A stretch of 64,000 bases of DNA from an uncultured Acidobacteriota bacterium (lineage in GTDB: Bacteria > Acidobacteriota > Thermoanaerobaculia > UBA5066 > Gp7-AA6): NCBI GenBank assembly GCA_963797495.1, contig CAWCPN010000002.1, forward strand, positions 3,240,520 through 3,304,519, read 5' to 3'. Each line of letters starts with the position of its first letter. The stretch's first letter is position 1. Below, piece after piece: positions 54,559-64,000 of the stretch. The notes beneath the pieces are model-generated. The model made no database searches, was not told where the DNA came from, and saw nothing but the letters and a program-made list of their open reading frames with translations. A program made the position numbers and the translations under genes.

Positions 54559-55725
54559 CTAGAGCCTGCTCCCGAGCAGTCCCGCGGCGCGCTCGGCCGC
54601 CTTCTGCCAGCGCGGGCGCAGGCGCCAGCCGGCCGGCTCGACGCGACACGCCTGCTCGAGGTCGCGGGCGAACATCGCCCGCATCGCCGCGCCCGTCGCC
54701 GGGTCGACGACGATCAGATTGAGCTCGTAGTTGCGCGTCATCGACAGCGGATCGAGGTTGCTCGATCCGACCAGGCTGATTTGCCCGTCGACGACGGCCG
54801 TTTTGGCGTGGACCATGACGCCCGTCCACTCGTACACGCGCACGCCGGCATCGAGGAGATCCTGATACACGCGCCGCGCGGCGGTCCCGGCGAGCGGATG
54901 GTTGTTGCGGCCGGGAAGCAGGATGGAAACGGCCACGCCCCGGCGCGCGGCGCCCCGGAAGGCGGCGAGGACTCCCGGAGGCGCCACCATGTAGGCGTCG
55001 GTGACCTCGAGCGTGGAACGCGCCTGGGCCGCGAGCCGCTGATAGATCGCGGCCATGCGCCCGGCACCGGGCCGATCCTCCGCGAGGATCGCGACCGGCG
55101 GCCGGAGCTCGGCGGCATGCGCCGCCGGCGGCGGCGGGTCGCCCCGGGCCCCTCCCGCCCACATCGCCTCGAACGCCCGCCCGACGTCGCGCGCGATCTC
55201 CCCCCGGACGAAGAGCGCCGTGTCCCTCCAGCCGCGCCCGCCCTTCTCGGACGGCGACCAGCGGTCGCTGATGCAGATTCCGCCCACGACCGCCGCCTCG
55301 GAGTCGACGACGAGTCCCTTGCGGTGGTCGCGATGCCGCATGCGGAGCCAGCTCCACGGGGCGAACGGGGAGAGGGGCCGAAACGGCCGGGCGGTCACCC
55401 CGTCGTTCCTGAGCACGGAGGCGATCGAGCCGCCGCGCACCATCATCGATCCGATCGGGTCGTAGAGGACGCGGACCTCGACCCCGCGCCGGGCGGCCGC
55501 GGCCAGGGCCTCGGCGAACTGCATGCCGGTCTCATCCGCGGCGAAGATGAAGTTCTCGAAGAGCACCTGCCGGCGAGCCGACGCGATGGCCTCGAGCATC
55601 GCCGGGAATGCTTCCGCGCCGTCGCGCAACAGGCGGACGCGGGTCCCGCCGCGAGCGGGAGAGCCGGCGAGCCGTGCCAGCTCGCCGGCGATCCCCGCGG
55701 GGGGGAGCAGTGGCCCGTCAGTCAT
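54559..55725 (-). CDS. phospholipase D family protein (cardiolipin synthase-like, two HKD motifs, no TM segment)
   Basis: HKD motif 1 is HRKGLVVD and motif 2 is HAKTAVVDGQISLVGSSNLD. Confidence 0.8.
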   Translation of the reverse strand: MTDGPLLPPAGIAGELARLAGSPARGGTRVRLLRDGAEAFPAMLEAIASARRQVLFENFIFAADETGMQFAEALAAAARRGVEVRVLYDPIGSMMVRGGSIASVLRNDGVTARPFRPLSPFAPWSWLRMRHRDHRKGLVVDSEAAVVGGICISDRWSPSEKGGRGWRDTALFVRGEIARDVGRAFEAMWAGGARGDPPPPAAHAAELRPPVAILAEDRPGAGRMAAIYQRLAAQARSTLEVTDAYMVAPPGVLAAFRGAARRGVAVSILLPGRNNHPLAGTAARRVYQDLLDAGVRVYEWTGVMVHAKTAVVDGQISLVGSSNLDPLSMTRNYELNLIVVDPATGAAMRAMFARDLEQACRVEPAGWRLRPRWQKAAERAAGLLGSRL

Positions 55726-57106
55726 CGACCTTGTCCTCGAGGCCGGACGGGGCCAGCCGCGACAGCGCGACGTCGGTCGGCCATGGCCGGCGGCCCTCCA
55801 TCTCGGCCCGCTCCTTGCGGGCCACGGCGCCGCGGACGACGTGAGCGCCGATCCACCGGATGGGCTCGGGCGGGAAGCGGCCGGCCGAGCGGTCCACGAG
55901 CGGGTGCCGGCTCCAGTCGTCGTCCCGCTCGAGCACGAGGCTGGCGAGGACCCGGCCGCCGACGCGGCTCGGACCCACGCCGTTCCCGCTCCAGCCGACT
56001 CCGTGGACGATGTGCGGGCGCCCGCCGAGCCGGCCGAGCAGCGGGAGGCTGTTGGGCGTGCGGTCGATCGGCCCGGACCAGTCGTGCGTGACTTCGGCGC
56101 CGAGCGCAGGATAGTAGCGCTGCAGATCGCCCGCGACCGTGCGCGCGCGCTTCGCGTTGCGGTCGAAGTCCGTCCCGATCCGGCCGCCGCACGCGATGCC
56201 CCAGCCGCCCTTTCCGAAAGCGACGCGTCCGTCGGCCGTCGCGTGGTAGTAGTCGACCATCAGCTGCGAGTCGGTGATGCACTCGCCGCCGGTCCAGCCG
56301 ATCGATGCGAGGCGATCCGGGACCGGGGCGGTCATCACCATGTCGCTCGTGATCGCGACGATGGCGCGGGAGAGCTCCCGGATCCCCGCCGCCCACGCGT
56401 TGACCGCGACGACCAGCTTATCGGCCGTCAGTCTGCCGCGACCGGTCGAGACGACGACGGGCGCGCCGCGCGTGAACGCACGGACCCGCGTGTTTTCGAA
56501 GATCTTCACGCCGGATTCGAGCGCCACCCGGCGCAGGCCCCGTGCGAGCGCGGCCGGTTGGACCGTCGCGGCGCCGGGCTCGAACACTCCGGCGCGGTGG
56601 ATCCTCGACCCCGACCGCCGCGCGACCTCTTCGGGTGCGAGACGCCGAAACGGCTCGACCCCGAGCTTTTCCGCCACCTCGAGGACTCCGTCCCAGGCTC
56701 CGAGCTGCGCCGTCGAGGTCGCCGTCCAGAGCCAGCCGGCCTGGCGAAACCTCGCGTCGATCGCGTGCGCGTGGCAGAAGTCCCGGATCTCGCCGACGGC
56801 CTCTTCCGAACCGCGCGCCACTCGCAGCGCGTCCGCCGTCCCGCAGAGCGACACGAGCGAGGGCAGCTTCGACCACCAGGACAGCGCGAAGCCGCCGTTT
56901 CGTCCCGACGCGCCGCCGCCGCAGACGTCCTGCTCGAGCACCGCGACTTCGCGCGCGGGCTCGAGCTCCTTGATCCGGATCGCCGTCCAGAGCCCGACGT
57001 AGCCGCCGCCGAGGATCCCGACGTCCGCGCGGACGTCGCCCTCGAGGGCCGGCGCGTCCGGGGCGTCGCCCGCGACCTCCTGGAGCCAGAACGAGCGGTG
57101 GGGCAC
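55718..57106 (-). CDS. FAD-dependent oxidoreductase (DAO family)
   Basis: The Rossmann dinucleotide motif is VGILGGGYVGLWTA. The product is 462 aa and the gene overlaps the PLD gene by 8 nt. Confidence 0.8.
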   Translation of the reverse strand: MPHRSFWLQEVAGDAPDAPALEGDVRADVGILGGGYVGLWTAIRIKELEPAREVAVLEQDVCGGGASGRNGGFALSWWSKLPSLVSLCGTADALRVARGSEEAVGEIRDFCHAHAIDARFRQAGWLWTATSTAQLGAWDGVLEVAEKLGVEPFRRLAPEEVARRSGSRIHRAGVFEPGAATVQPAALARGLRRVALESGVKIFENTRVRAFTRGAPVVVSTGRGRLTADKLVVAVNAWAAGIRELSRAIVAITSDMVMTAPVPDRLASIGWTGGECITDSQLMVDYYHATADGRVAFGKGGWGIACGGRIGTDFDRNAKRARTVAGDLQRYYPALGAEVTHDWSGPIDRTPNSLPLLGRLGGRPHIVHGVGWSGNGVGPSRVGGRVLASLVLERDDDWSRHPLVDRSAGRFPPEPIRWIGAHVVRGAVARKERAEMEGRRPWPTDVALSRLAPSGLEDKVDD

Positions 57107-57150
57107 GGAGAGCGAGACTCTATACTCCGCCCGGCGGAAAGGCCGACAGG

Positions 57151-58044
57151 ATGAAGGGTTGCGCGCGAAGCCTGATTTTCCAGGTCGTGGGGGTTCTCGT
57201 GGCCCTCGCCGGCGTGCTGGCCTTTCTCCAGGTTCGCCACGGGCTCGCGCCGGGTCGCGTCATCGGGCCGGCGATTTTCGCGGCCCTCTTCGGATGCATC
57301 GGACTCGGCCTCCTCCTCGCCATCTCGCGGCCGCTTCGCGAGCGGGCGGCGTTGCGCGACTGCCTCGCCGGCAAGCGGCCGACCGACGGGAAGCGAACCG
57401 GCATCGCCGGAACGATCGAGCCGGTCGGCGATCTTCTGCGCTCGCCGCTGACCGGCACCGCGTGCCTGGCGTACCGGTACGAGATCTACCTCTGGGTCGG
57501 CCACGGCCGGCGCCGGACCCGGGCGGTGTACTTCGAGGGCGTGGCGCTCGTGCCGTCCGTGATCGCGACGCCCGCGGGGAGCTTCCGCCTGCTCGCGGTC
57601 CCCGAGTTCGACTTCGGGAGGGAGAGCATCGAACCGCAGCAGGCCCTCTTTCACTGGTCCGAGCACGCGAAGACGGCGCCCTTCGAGACGCCGGAAGCCG
57701 CGCGCAAGACGCTCGCCAGGCAGTGGACCGACGATGACGGGGCCTACCGGAGCGAGAAGCGGCATCCGACCGACGGCGAAGTGCCGCTCGAGGAATGCAA
57801 GTATCACGAGGACCTGATCCGGAAGGGCGACCGGGTCTACGTCGTCGGCCTCTTCTCCGAGTCCCGAGGCGGCATCGTCCCGCACGCCAACTGGGCGAAG
57901 GAGACGCGGATCATGAAGGGCGAACCGGAGTCGATCCTGGGGCAGCTGAAGGCACGGATCGTGAGGTACGCCATCGGCGGCATCGTTTTTCTCGGTGTGG
58001 CCGGAGGCATCCTCTCGGCCGTCGTCTCGAGCGCGCGGCCGTAG
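57151..58044 (+). CDS. hypothetical membrane protein (two N-terminal TM helices and one C-terminal TM helix)
   Basis: 297 aa with a central soluble domain. No recognisable family. Confidence 0.5.
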   Translation: MKGCARSLIFQVVGVLVALAGVLAFLQVRHGLAPGRVIGPAIFAALFGCIGLGLLLAISRPLRERAALRDCLAGKRPTDGKRTGIAGTIEPVGDLLRSPLTGTACLAYRYEIYLWVGHGRRRTRAVYFEGVALVPSVIATPAGSFRLLAVPEFDFGRESIEPQQALFHWSEHAKTAPFETPEAARKTLARQWTDDDGAYRSEKRHPTDGEVPLEECKYHEDLIRKGDRVYVVGLFSESRGGIVPHANWAKETRIMKGEPESILGQLKARIVRYAIGGIVFLGVAGGILSAVVSSARP

Positions 58045-58159
58045 GCCTCGTGCGCGGGTTTGCGCGCCGGCCTTCCTTCGCGCCGCAGCGTCCTGTAGGC
58101 TTCGGCCAGCGTCGCCCAGACGGACGCGGGCGCGGACGGCCGCCGGGAAGGGAGTGAGC

Positions 58160-58522
58160 ATGACGACTCGACGAGAGGTTCTCTTTGCCACCCTCTTCGC
58201 GCTCACGGCCGCGTGGGCCCCGGCTCTCCCGAAGGCGGCCGGACCGTTGCAGGTGACCTTCTACTACCTCCCCGGCTGACCGATCTGCGCGAAGATCAAG
58301 CCCGCCGTGAGCGGGTTGGAGCAGGAGTACAAGGGCCGGGTCATCGGGCAGAATCTCGACGCCACGACCCAAGAGAACAAGAAGATCGTCCATTCGCTCG
58401 GATTCGAGAATCACGGCATGGTGATCCGTTCCGCCGACGGCAAGGTCCTCTGGAAGCAGCCCGATCACGACGTGAGCGTGGACGACATGCGCGCGGAGCT
58501 GGGGAAGCTTCTCGCGAATTAG
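58160..58522 (+). CDS. exported thioredoxin-fold protein with an in-frame TGA in the redox motif (PG-[TGA]-PIC); candidate UxxC selenoprotein, otherwise a CxxC protein with a base error or a pseudogene
   Basis: ORFs 57995..58279 and 58307..58522 share one frame. The joined product is MTTRREVLFATLFALTAAWAPALPKAAGPLQVTFYYLPG*PICAKIKPAVSGLEQEYKGRV..GKVLWKQ..MRAELGKLLAN. It aligns colinearly with thioredoxin (WCGPC aligned with PG*PIC). AAGGGAG lies 6 nt upstream of the ATG. A hairpin sits about 20 nt 3' of the TGA. Confidence 0.55.
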
Positions 58523-58593
58523 GTGGGTCCGTCCCGGGATCCGCGGCGCAAATCCGCGCAGGCCTCGTCGCTTCAGTGACGGGGACGAGGCGC

Positions 58594-60490
58594 TCAGGGG
58601 CCGTAGAGCGGGAGCCCGAAGATCTTGACCAGGAAGACGGCCATCTGGCCGCGGATGTTCGGGTCGTTCGGGCAGTAGTTGCCGCCGCCGCAGCCGGCCG
58701 TGATCCCCTCGGCCTGGAGCCGCTCGACCCAGTCCGCAAACGTCGACGGGCACGCAACGTCCGCGAATATCCCGGTACAGGACGGCGGCATGTAGGCCGG
58801 CCCGTGTTCCGCCTTCAGGAGGAACACGGCCATCTGGGCGCGCGTGACGGGTTGGTTGGGACAGTAGTTGCCGCTTCCGCAGCCGCCGGTGATCCCGAGC
58901 GCCGCGAACTCCTCGATCCAGTCCGCCGCGAAGTCGCCGATGTGGACGTCCGCGAAGACCGTTCCGGTCGCCGGCGGAGGCACGTGGCCCGCGCCGAACA
59001 TGCCCTTCAGGAGGAAGACCGCCATCTGGGCCCGGGTGACCGTGCTGCCCGGGCAGTAGTTGCCGCCTCCGCAGCCGCCCGTGGCGCCGGAATGGAAGAG
59101 GTTCTCGATGAAGGTGTAGAACGGGTGGGTCGTGGGTACGTCGGCGAAGCTGTTGCCGACGTGCAGCAGTCGGGCCCACTTGGTCCCCTCGAGGCTCAGG
59201 GTCTCCGTCAGTACGACGTCCCAGTGCTGCGCCGGGCGCGCTCCGGAAACGGTGACGCGGATAGCAGTCGCCGGTCGCGTCGTGGCAATCCGCCGTCCCG
59301 CCGCCGGCAACGGACCCGTAGGCCGCGGTCGCGTCGTCGATCGTGTAGGTCGGGCCCACGGGCCCGGTGAGGCTCGACGCCGAGCCGGTGAAGCTCTGGG
59401 GTCCCACGAGAGTGTTCATCCACGCGGGGGACACCTCGACGGTTTCCCCGGGCTCGAGCACGCCGTTGAGGTTGGAATTGGTGCCGGCGACCGCATGGGC
59501 GTCGACCGAGGCGGCTTGCGGCGCGAGCGAGGCCATCGTCACGCGTCCGATCTTGCCGACCACCTCGGTAAACCACAGGTTGCCGTCGGGGCCGCTCGTC
59601 AGGGCGACCGGGGCCGCGGCCGCCGTGGGAACTGGGAACTCGGTGACGACGCCGGCCGGTGTGATTCGACCGATCTTGTTGGAAGCGGCCTCGGCAAACC
59701 AGAGGTTGCCGTCCGGGCCGGTCGTGATGCCGAGCAGGTTGGCCGCGGCGGTCGGGATCGGGAATTCGGTGATCGCGCCGGTTGGCGTGATCCGGCCGAT
59801 CTGGTTGGCGCCCGTATCGGTGAACCAGATGTTTCCGTCCGGGCCGGCCGTGATTCCCTGGGGCTGGCTGCCGGCGACTCCGACCGGGAACTCCGTGATG
59901 TTCCCGGCCGTGGTGATCCGCCCGATCTTCCCGCCCGTGATTTCCGTGAACCAGAGGTTGCCGTCCGGTCCGCCGGCGATCTGGATCGCCGTGCCGGGGG
60001 TCGGGGTCGGAAACTCCGTGACGACGCCTGCCGTGGTGATGCGCCCGATCTTGTTGGCGCTACCCTCGGTGAACCAGAGGTTGCCGTCCGATCCGGCTGC
60101 GATGCCGACGAGTCCGCTCATCGCGCTCATCACGGCGTAGTCGTCAAACCCGCCCAGGGTCGTCATCCGCCCGATCTTGTTGCTGCCGGCTTCGGGAAAC
60201 CACAGGTTGCCGTCCGACCCGGCCGCGATGAATTGCGGGTTGGCGCCCGCGGGAAAGTCGTCGATCGATCCCGCGGTCGTGATCCGGCCGATCTTGCCCG
60301 CGCCGAACTCGGTGAACCAGAGATTGCCGTCCGGCCCGGCGCAGATGCCGACCGGCTCGCTGTTGCTCGTCGCGATGGGGAACTCGGTGATGACCTGGGC
60401 ACGCGCCGTGCCGGCGACACAGAGGCCGGCGAGGATGATTCCGGAAAGGCAACCGGTCGCCTGAGCGACGGCGCGAAGCTTGGATGCCAT
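58594..60490 (-). CDS. exported protein: N-terminal Vgb (streptogramin-lyase)-like beta-propeller repeats plus three C-terminal SLH-like repeats; one frameshift near 59270
   Basis: Signal peptide, then at least 8 repeats of ..GPDGNLWFTE..KIGRIT.AG.ITEFP... The C-terminus has three copies of F.DV..W(I/V)E.L...GIT.GCGxGNYCP...TRAQMAVFL(L/V)K. AGGAGG lies upstream of the ATG. Confidence 0.6.
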
Positions 60491-60576
60491 GGAAAGGCCT
60501 CCTGGTTCCGAAGTCAGCGCTGGTTTGACGGGAAGGCGAAGCGTATCCCAGAGGGAGATCGGCGCGGCCGGCAGCG

Positions 60577-61254
60577 TCAGGCCGTCTTCCGATACAACCC
60601 GTTGGCGGACACGCGGCGGCCCGTCTCGACTTTGGGCCGGGCGGTGCGGGTGGGTTCGAGGGGCATCAGGCCGAGCCGCGCCATGTCGCGGTCGAGCGCC
60701 GCGGCGTCCACGAGGACGTGGCGGCCCCCGCTGTCGAAGCCCTCGTAGACATCGGGTTCGCCGGGGACCGCCTGAACTCCGCGGCCGGTCAGATCGGTCT
60801 CGGGAGTGAAGACGGAAACGAGCAACCGCCCGCCCGGTTTGAGTACGCGCGCGGTCTCCGCGAGGGCCCGATCCCACTCCTCGCGGCTCTGCGCGCAGTG
60901 ATAGAGGCCGAGCGCGACGACCAGGTCGACCGTGGCATCGGCAATCGCGGAGAGATCGTCCATTCGCCCGACGCGCACCCTCCTTTTCGCCTCCGCCGCA
61001 CCGAGGATCGCGGCCACGCGCTCGCGGGTTTTCGCCACCATGGCCGGCGAGGCGTCGACCGCCTCTACGTCGAATCCCTTCTCGGCGAGAAGCACGGCGT
61101 TGCGGCCGCCCGCGCAGCCGAGATCGAGGACCCGGACGCGCGAGGCGTCCGGACACTCGTTCACGAGCTGCGTCAGACGCGCGTCGGGTTCCCGCGCCGC
61201 AAAGCGCTCGACGTTCTCGGGGGAGTCCCAGAAGGAGGCCGTCACTTCGGACAT
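60577..61254 (-). CDS. class I SAM-dependent methyltransferase
   Basis: Motif I is VLDLGCAGGRNAVLL and the acidic residue is in VEAVDASPAM. About 225 aa. Confidence 0.75.
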   Translation of the reverse strand: MSEVTASFWDSPENVERFAAREPDARLTQLVNECPDASRVRVLDLGCAGGRNAVLLAEKGFDVEAVDASPAMVAKTRERVAAILGAAEAKRRVRVGRMDDLSAIADATVDLVVALGLYHCAQSREEWDRALAETARVLKPGGRLLVSVFTPETDLTGRGVQAVPGEPDVYEGFDSGGRHVLVDAAALDRDMARLGLMPLEPTRTARPKVETGRRVSANGLYRKTA

Positions 61255-61403
61255 CACTCTATGACCGGAGCCCCGTCGGAATTCGAGGTGGATCGCAACG
61301 GAGACGGCCGCCGGGACGAGAACCCGTTTGTCCTTGACCGGCTGACGGGCCCCCCGTAGTCTTGCCGGAGATTCACCTTGTCGCTGCACGAAAAGGAGGG
61401 GGC

Positions 61404-62825
61404 ATGTCCGCTCGCCGACCCGCCCTGCTGGCCGTCGCTCTCTCGCTGTCTGCAACCGCCGCGGTGACGGCGCAAACCGGCCTGCGGGACCTTCTGACGG
61501 ATTTCCTGCGGGAGGGGATCACGCTCGCGCCGCCTCCTCTGGTCGGGGGGACCAGCCACGTCGCCCATTTCAACAGCCTCGACCAGACGCAGTTCGTGGC
61601 CGTGCGGCAGTTCAACCAGGAGCTTGCGTTTCAGCTCTCGTCCTACCCTCTCGCGTCCTCGTCCGGGGGCTTCTCCTATCGATTCGACCCGGCGCTGGGG
61701 ACCTTCACGCGCGCGACCGAGAGCTTCGGCCCGATCTACGCGGAGCGCTCCGACACGATCGGCAAGGGAAAGTCCAACCTCGGCCTGAACTTCAGTCACT
61801 TCGACTTCAGCCGGATCAACGACCTGTCGCTGAAAGACGGCGACCTGAAGCTCGTCTTTCAGCACACGGACGTCGGGAAGTACATCGAAGGGGACGTCAT
61901 CACCGCGGATCTTTCCCTGAAGCTCAAGTCGGACATCATCGCGTTCGTGATGACCTACGGAATCACGGACCGGTTCGACATCGCCGCGGCCATTCCGATC
62001 GTCAAGGTCGGACTGTCCGCCAGCACGGACGCCACGGTCCAGCGACTGGCGACGGGCCCCTGCCCGGGAGGAACCCCCGACTGTTCGGCCACTCCGATCC
62101 ACCGCTTCCCCGGGGACACGTCGAGCGAGACCTTCGAAGACAGCGGGAGCGCCACCGGCGTCGGCGACATGGTTCTCCGGGGCAAGTACCGGGTCGCCGA
62201 GGGGTCCGCCGGCGGCCTCGCGCTGGGCGCGGACCTTCGACTGCCGACCGGAGAGGAGCGCGATCTGCTGGGCACCGGGGTATGGCAGGCCCGGCTCGCA
62301 TTGATCTGGTCCGTCCATCTCGGAACGATCTCGCCCCATGTCAACGCCGGGTACACGTGGTCGACGAACCCGTCGGACGATCGGACGCCCGAGGAAATCA
62401 ACCCCCCGCATGGCGGGGACCCGCTACCCCGGCTGACGATCCCGGATCAGCTCGACTACACCGTGGGCTTCGACTGGGCCGTGCACCCGCGCGTCACGGT
62501 CGCCTTCGACGTGATCGGCCGAACCTTTTTCCAGACACAGATCGTCCAGGTCCAGGATCAGAGGTTTACCGCCGAAACGGGCGACTCCCGGGGAGGCGAC
62601 TGCCAGTGCGAACCGGAAGGCCAACAGCCCCCGCAGACCGTGACCGCTCAGTATCCCCGGCTCACCACGACCCGGGGAGACCTGAACACGCTGCTCGGGT
62701 CGTTCGGCTTGAAGGTCAATCCGTTCGCGAATCTGCTCGTCACCGCCAACGTCCTCTTCTCGCTGAACAGGCAGGGGCTGCAGTTCAACATCGCCCCGTT
62801 GGTCGGCGTGGACTACAGCTTCTAG
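61404..62825 (+). CDS. outer-membrane beta-barrel protein (putative MetA/phenol-degradation-pathway-like porin)
   Basis: The signal peptide is MSARRPALLAVALSLSATAAVTAQ. Alternating amphipathic strands run throughout. The product ends in ..VGVDYSF (C-terminal Phe). Confidence 0.55.
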   Translation: MSARRPALLAVALSLSATAAVTAQTGLRDLLTDFLREGITLAPPPLVGGTSHVAHFNSLDQTQFVAVRQFNQELAFQLSSYPLASSSGGFSYRFDPALGTFTRATESFGPIYAERSDTIGKGKSNLGLNFSHFDFSRINDLSLKDGDLKLVFQHTDVGKYIEGDVITADLSLKLKSDIIAFVMTYGITDRFDIAAAIPIVKVGLSASTDATVQRLATGPCPGGTPDCSATPIHRFPGDTSSETFEDSGSATGVGDMVLRGKYRVAEGSAGGLALGADLRLPTGEERDLLGTGVWQARLALIWSVHLGTISPHVNAGYTWSTNPSDDRTPEEINPPHGGDPLPRLTIPDQLDYTVGFDWAVHPRVTVAFDVIGRTFFQTQIVQVQDQRFTAETGDSRGGDCQCEPEGQQPPQTVTAQYPRLTTTRGDLNTLLGSFGLKVNPFANLLVTANVLFSLNRQGLQFNIAPLVGVDYSF

Positions 62826-62827
62826 GA

Positions 62828-63805
62828 CTAGCGCAGGCTGACGATCACCCAGGAATCCCCCCGCTTCTCCAGGATGAAGACGCGCTCGCGCTCGTCATGC
62901 TGTTCCCCTCCGACCTGGGGAACCGCGACCAGCCGCTGGAACGCCCGAACGACCGCGCGGGAGTCCTTGACTTCGATCTGACGAATCTCCAGCTCGACCT
63001 GCTGGGACTTGAGTCCCTGCCAGGCGTTTTCGACGCTGCTGCGGGCTTCTCCGGCGAGCGCGGGATAGACCCGGACATACAGGTTGAGATCCAACGAGTT
63101 CTGGGCTCTCCGGTAGTCCTGAAGAACGGCGCGGATCTTCTCCTGGTCGGAAGGCGCCGCGCGGGCTGCTTCCGGCGTGGGGGAAGAAGGGACACGGCTC
63201 GGCTCAGGCGCTGCGGACGGGACCGAGACCGCAGGCAAGGCCGGCTGCGGGCGCGCGGTGGGCTCCGGCAGAGCGGCGATTCGCGCAACGGGACTCGGAC
63301 GTCTTTTCGAGAGTTCCCGGCTCGAGGTTTCAGCCTGTTCGAAGGCCGCGGCCCCGGCTTCGAAGGCTGCGCGGGCGGCGGCGTAGTCCTGCTGCTTGAC
63401 CAGTCTCTGTCCTTCCTTCTCCTGGGCGCGACCCAGGTCGTAGAGGCTGGCGGCAAGGGCCGGGGCCCCGGCCCGCTCGGCGTCTCTCCGCGCGCGGCTG
63501 GCGCCAGCCTTTGCGTCTTCCGCCTGCCTCGACAGAGCCGATGACTCCTCCGCCCGAGCCGCGGCCTCCCCGGAGATCTGCCCCGGGCTCGCCGGTGCGG
63601 TCGGCTCCGGCGGCGCCGCCGTCGGTCTGGCCTGCAGCTCCGATTCCGGCGCGGCGGGAATCGCCGGCGCGGGAGTCTCCACCGGCGCCGTCGCGGGTCG
63701 GCGGATTTCCGAGCGAGCCCACGGTCGCAACAGCACCAGCCCAGCGGCGGTCACCAGGAGCACGCCCACAACGACCGGGATCCAGGCGCGGCGGCGGGCG
63801 GACAT
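62828..63805 (-). CDS. membrane-anchored protein with Pro/Ala-rich linker and C-terminal NTF2/SnoaL-like domain
   Basis: The N-terminal TM anchor is IPVVVGVLLVTAAGLVLL. The linker of about 200 aa has low complexity. The C-terminus is conserved-looking (..VRVYPALAGEARSSVENAWQGLKSQ..). Confidence 0.45.
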   Translation of the reverse strand: MSARRRAWIPVVVGVLLVTAAGLVLLRPWARSEIRRPATAPVETPAPAIPAAPESELQARPTAAPPEPTAPASPGQISGEAAARAEESSALSRQAEDAKAGASRARRDAERAGAPALAASLYDLGRAQEKEGQRLVKQQDYAAARAAFEAGAAAFEQAETSSRELSKRRPSPVARIAALPEPTARPQPALPAVSVPSAAPEPSRVPSSPTPEAARAAPSDQEKIRAVLQDYRRAQNSLDLNLYVRVYPALAGEARSSVENAWQGLKSQQVELEIRQIEVKDSRAVVRAFQRLVAVPQVGGEQHDERERVFILEKRGDSWVIVSLR

Positions 63806-64000
63806 GGGCGACCGGTCGCCGCCGGACGTGGGGATCCGGCTCTCGCTCGCTCTCTCGAGGCTCCCGTCCGGAGCCCTCGGCAGACCGGTCGAGCGATACG
63901 GCGTGGTGGCCTGGGCGACGAACTGGCGGTTCAGCCGATTCTGGGCGCTCGGCGTGACCGAGGCGTTCGGTGTGACCGTAACGACTTGAGACCCGAGAGC

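Noticed and set aside
58307-58522. Treating the GTG-initiated 71-aa ORF as an independent small protein
   Set aside because: It is in frame with the upstream signal-peptide ORF and lacks the Cys-x-x-Cys half of the thioredoxin motif by itself. It makes sense only as the continuation after the TGA.

Overview
This is a 64 kb, roughly 70% GC bacterial chromosomal segment that is densely coding on both strands. The gene content resembles Acidobacteria, Planctomycetes or Deltaproteobacteria: a CarboxypepD_reg-type TonB receptor, a PSCyt1-like CxxCH domain, PD40 propellers, and a sphingolipid-type desaturase. This lineage assignment is inference only.

The window divides into three parts.

(i) An accessory envelope and glycan locus at about 1.8-15 kb. 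It comprises a TonB-dependent receptor, a 1144-aa tri-domain glycosyltransferase (GT4-GT4-GT2 with an internal coiled coil), and a minus-strand five-gene operon: small exported protein, polytopic membrane protein, SAM methyltransferase, polytopic membrane protein, SAM methyltransferase. The genes in that operon are coupled by 4-nt start/stop overlaps.

(ii) A regulatory and accessory block at 15-26.6 kb. It holds a LytTR response regulator with two tandem LytS-like histidine kinases and a beta-lactamase-family hydrolase, then a PSCyt1-like CxxCH gene with a PD40 propeller protein, then modE-modABC, then a dihydroceramide-desaturase-like gene.

(iii) A housekeeping block at 26.6-57 kb. It holds tRNA-Thr, smc, fhs, an FHA regulator, and a KS / KS-beta (Cys->Gln) / hotdog thioesterase trio. 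It continues with dCMP deaminase, REC-PilZ, an SDR, a YdjM-like gene, an M1 peptidase and ligA. The block ends with the conserved tilS-hpt-ftsH-(dinB)-folP-cdaA-cdaR-glmM synteny, a PLD-type cardiolipin-synthase-like gene and an FAD oxidoreductase.

The last 7 kb hold a thioredoxin-fold gene whose CxxC motif contains an in-frame TGA, making it a candidate UxxC selenoprotein. Also there are a Vgb-like propeller / SLH-like exported protein, a methyltransferase and an outer-membrane beta-barrel.

A striking technical and biological point is that many otherwise well-conserved genes are interrupted by single-nucleotide frameshifts. These are concentrated at 33.4-44.4 kb and 15-17.3 kb. Long stretches in between (4.9-14.5 kb, 17.4-33.4 kb, 47.6-58.5 kb) are clean. 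This pattern fits local sequence or assembly error better than decay.

About a dozen adjacent gene pairs show ATGA/GTGA/TTGA start-stop overlaps. No CRISPR arrays, integrases or transposases were seen.
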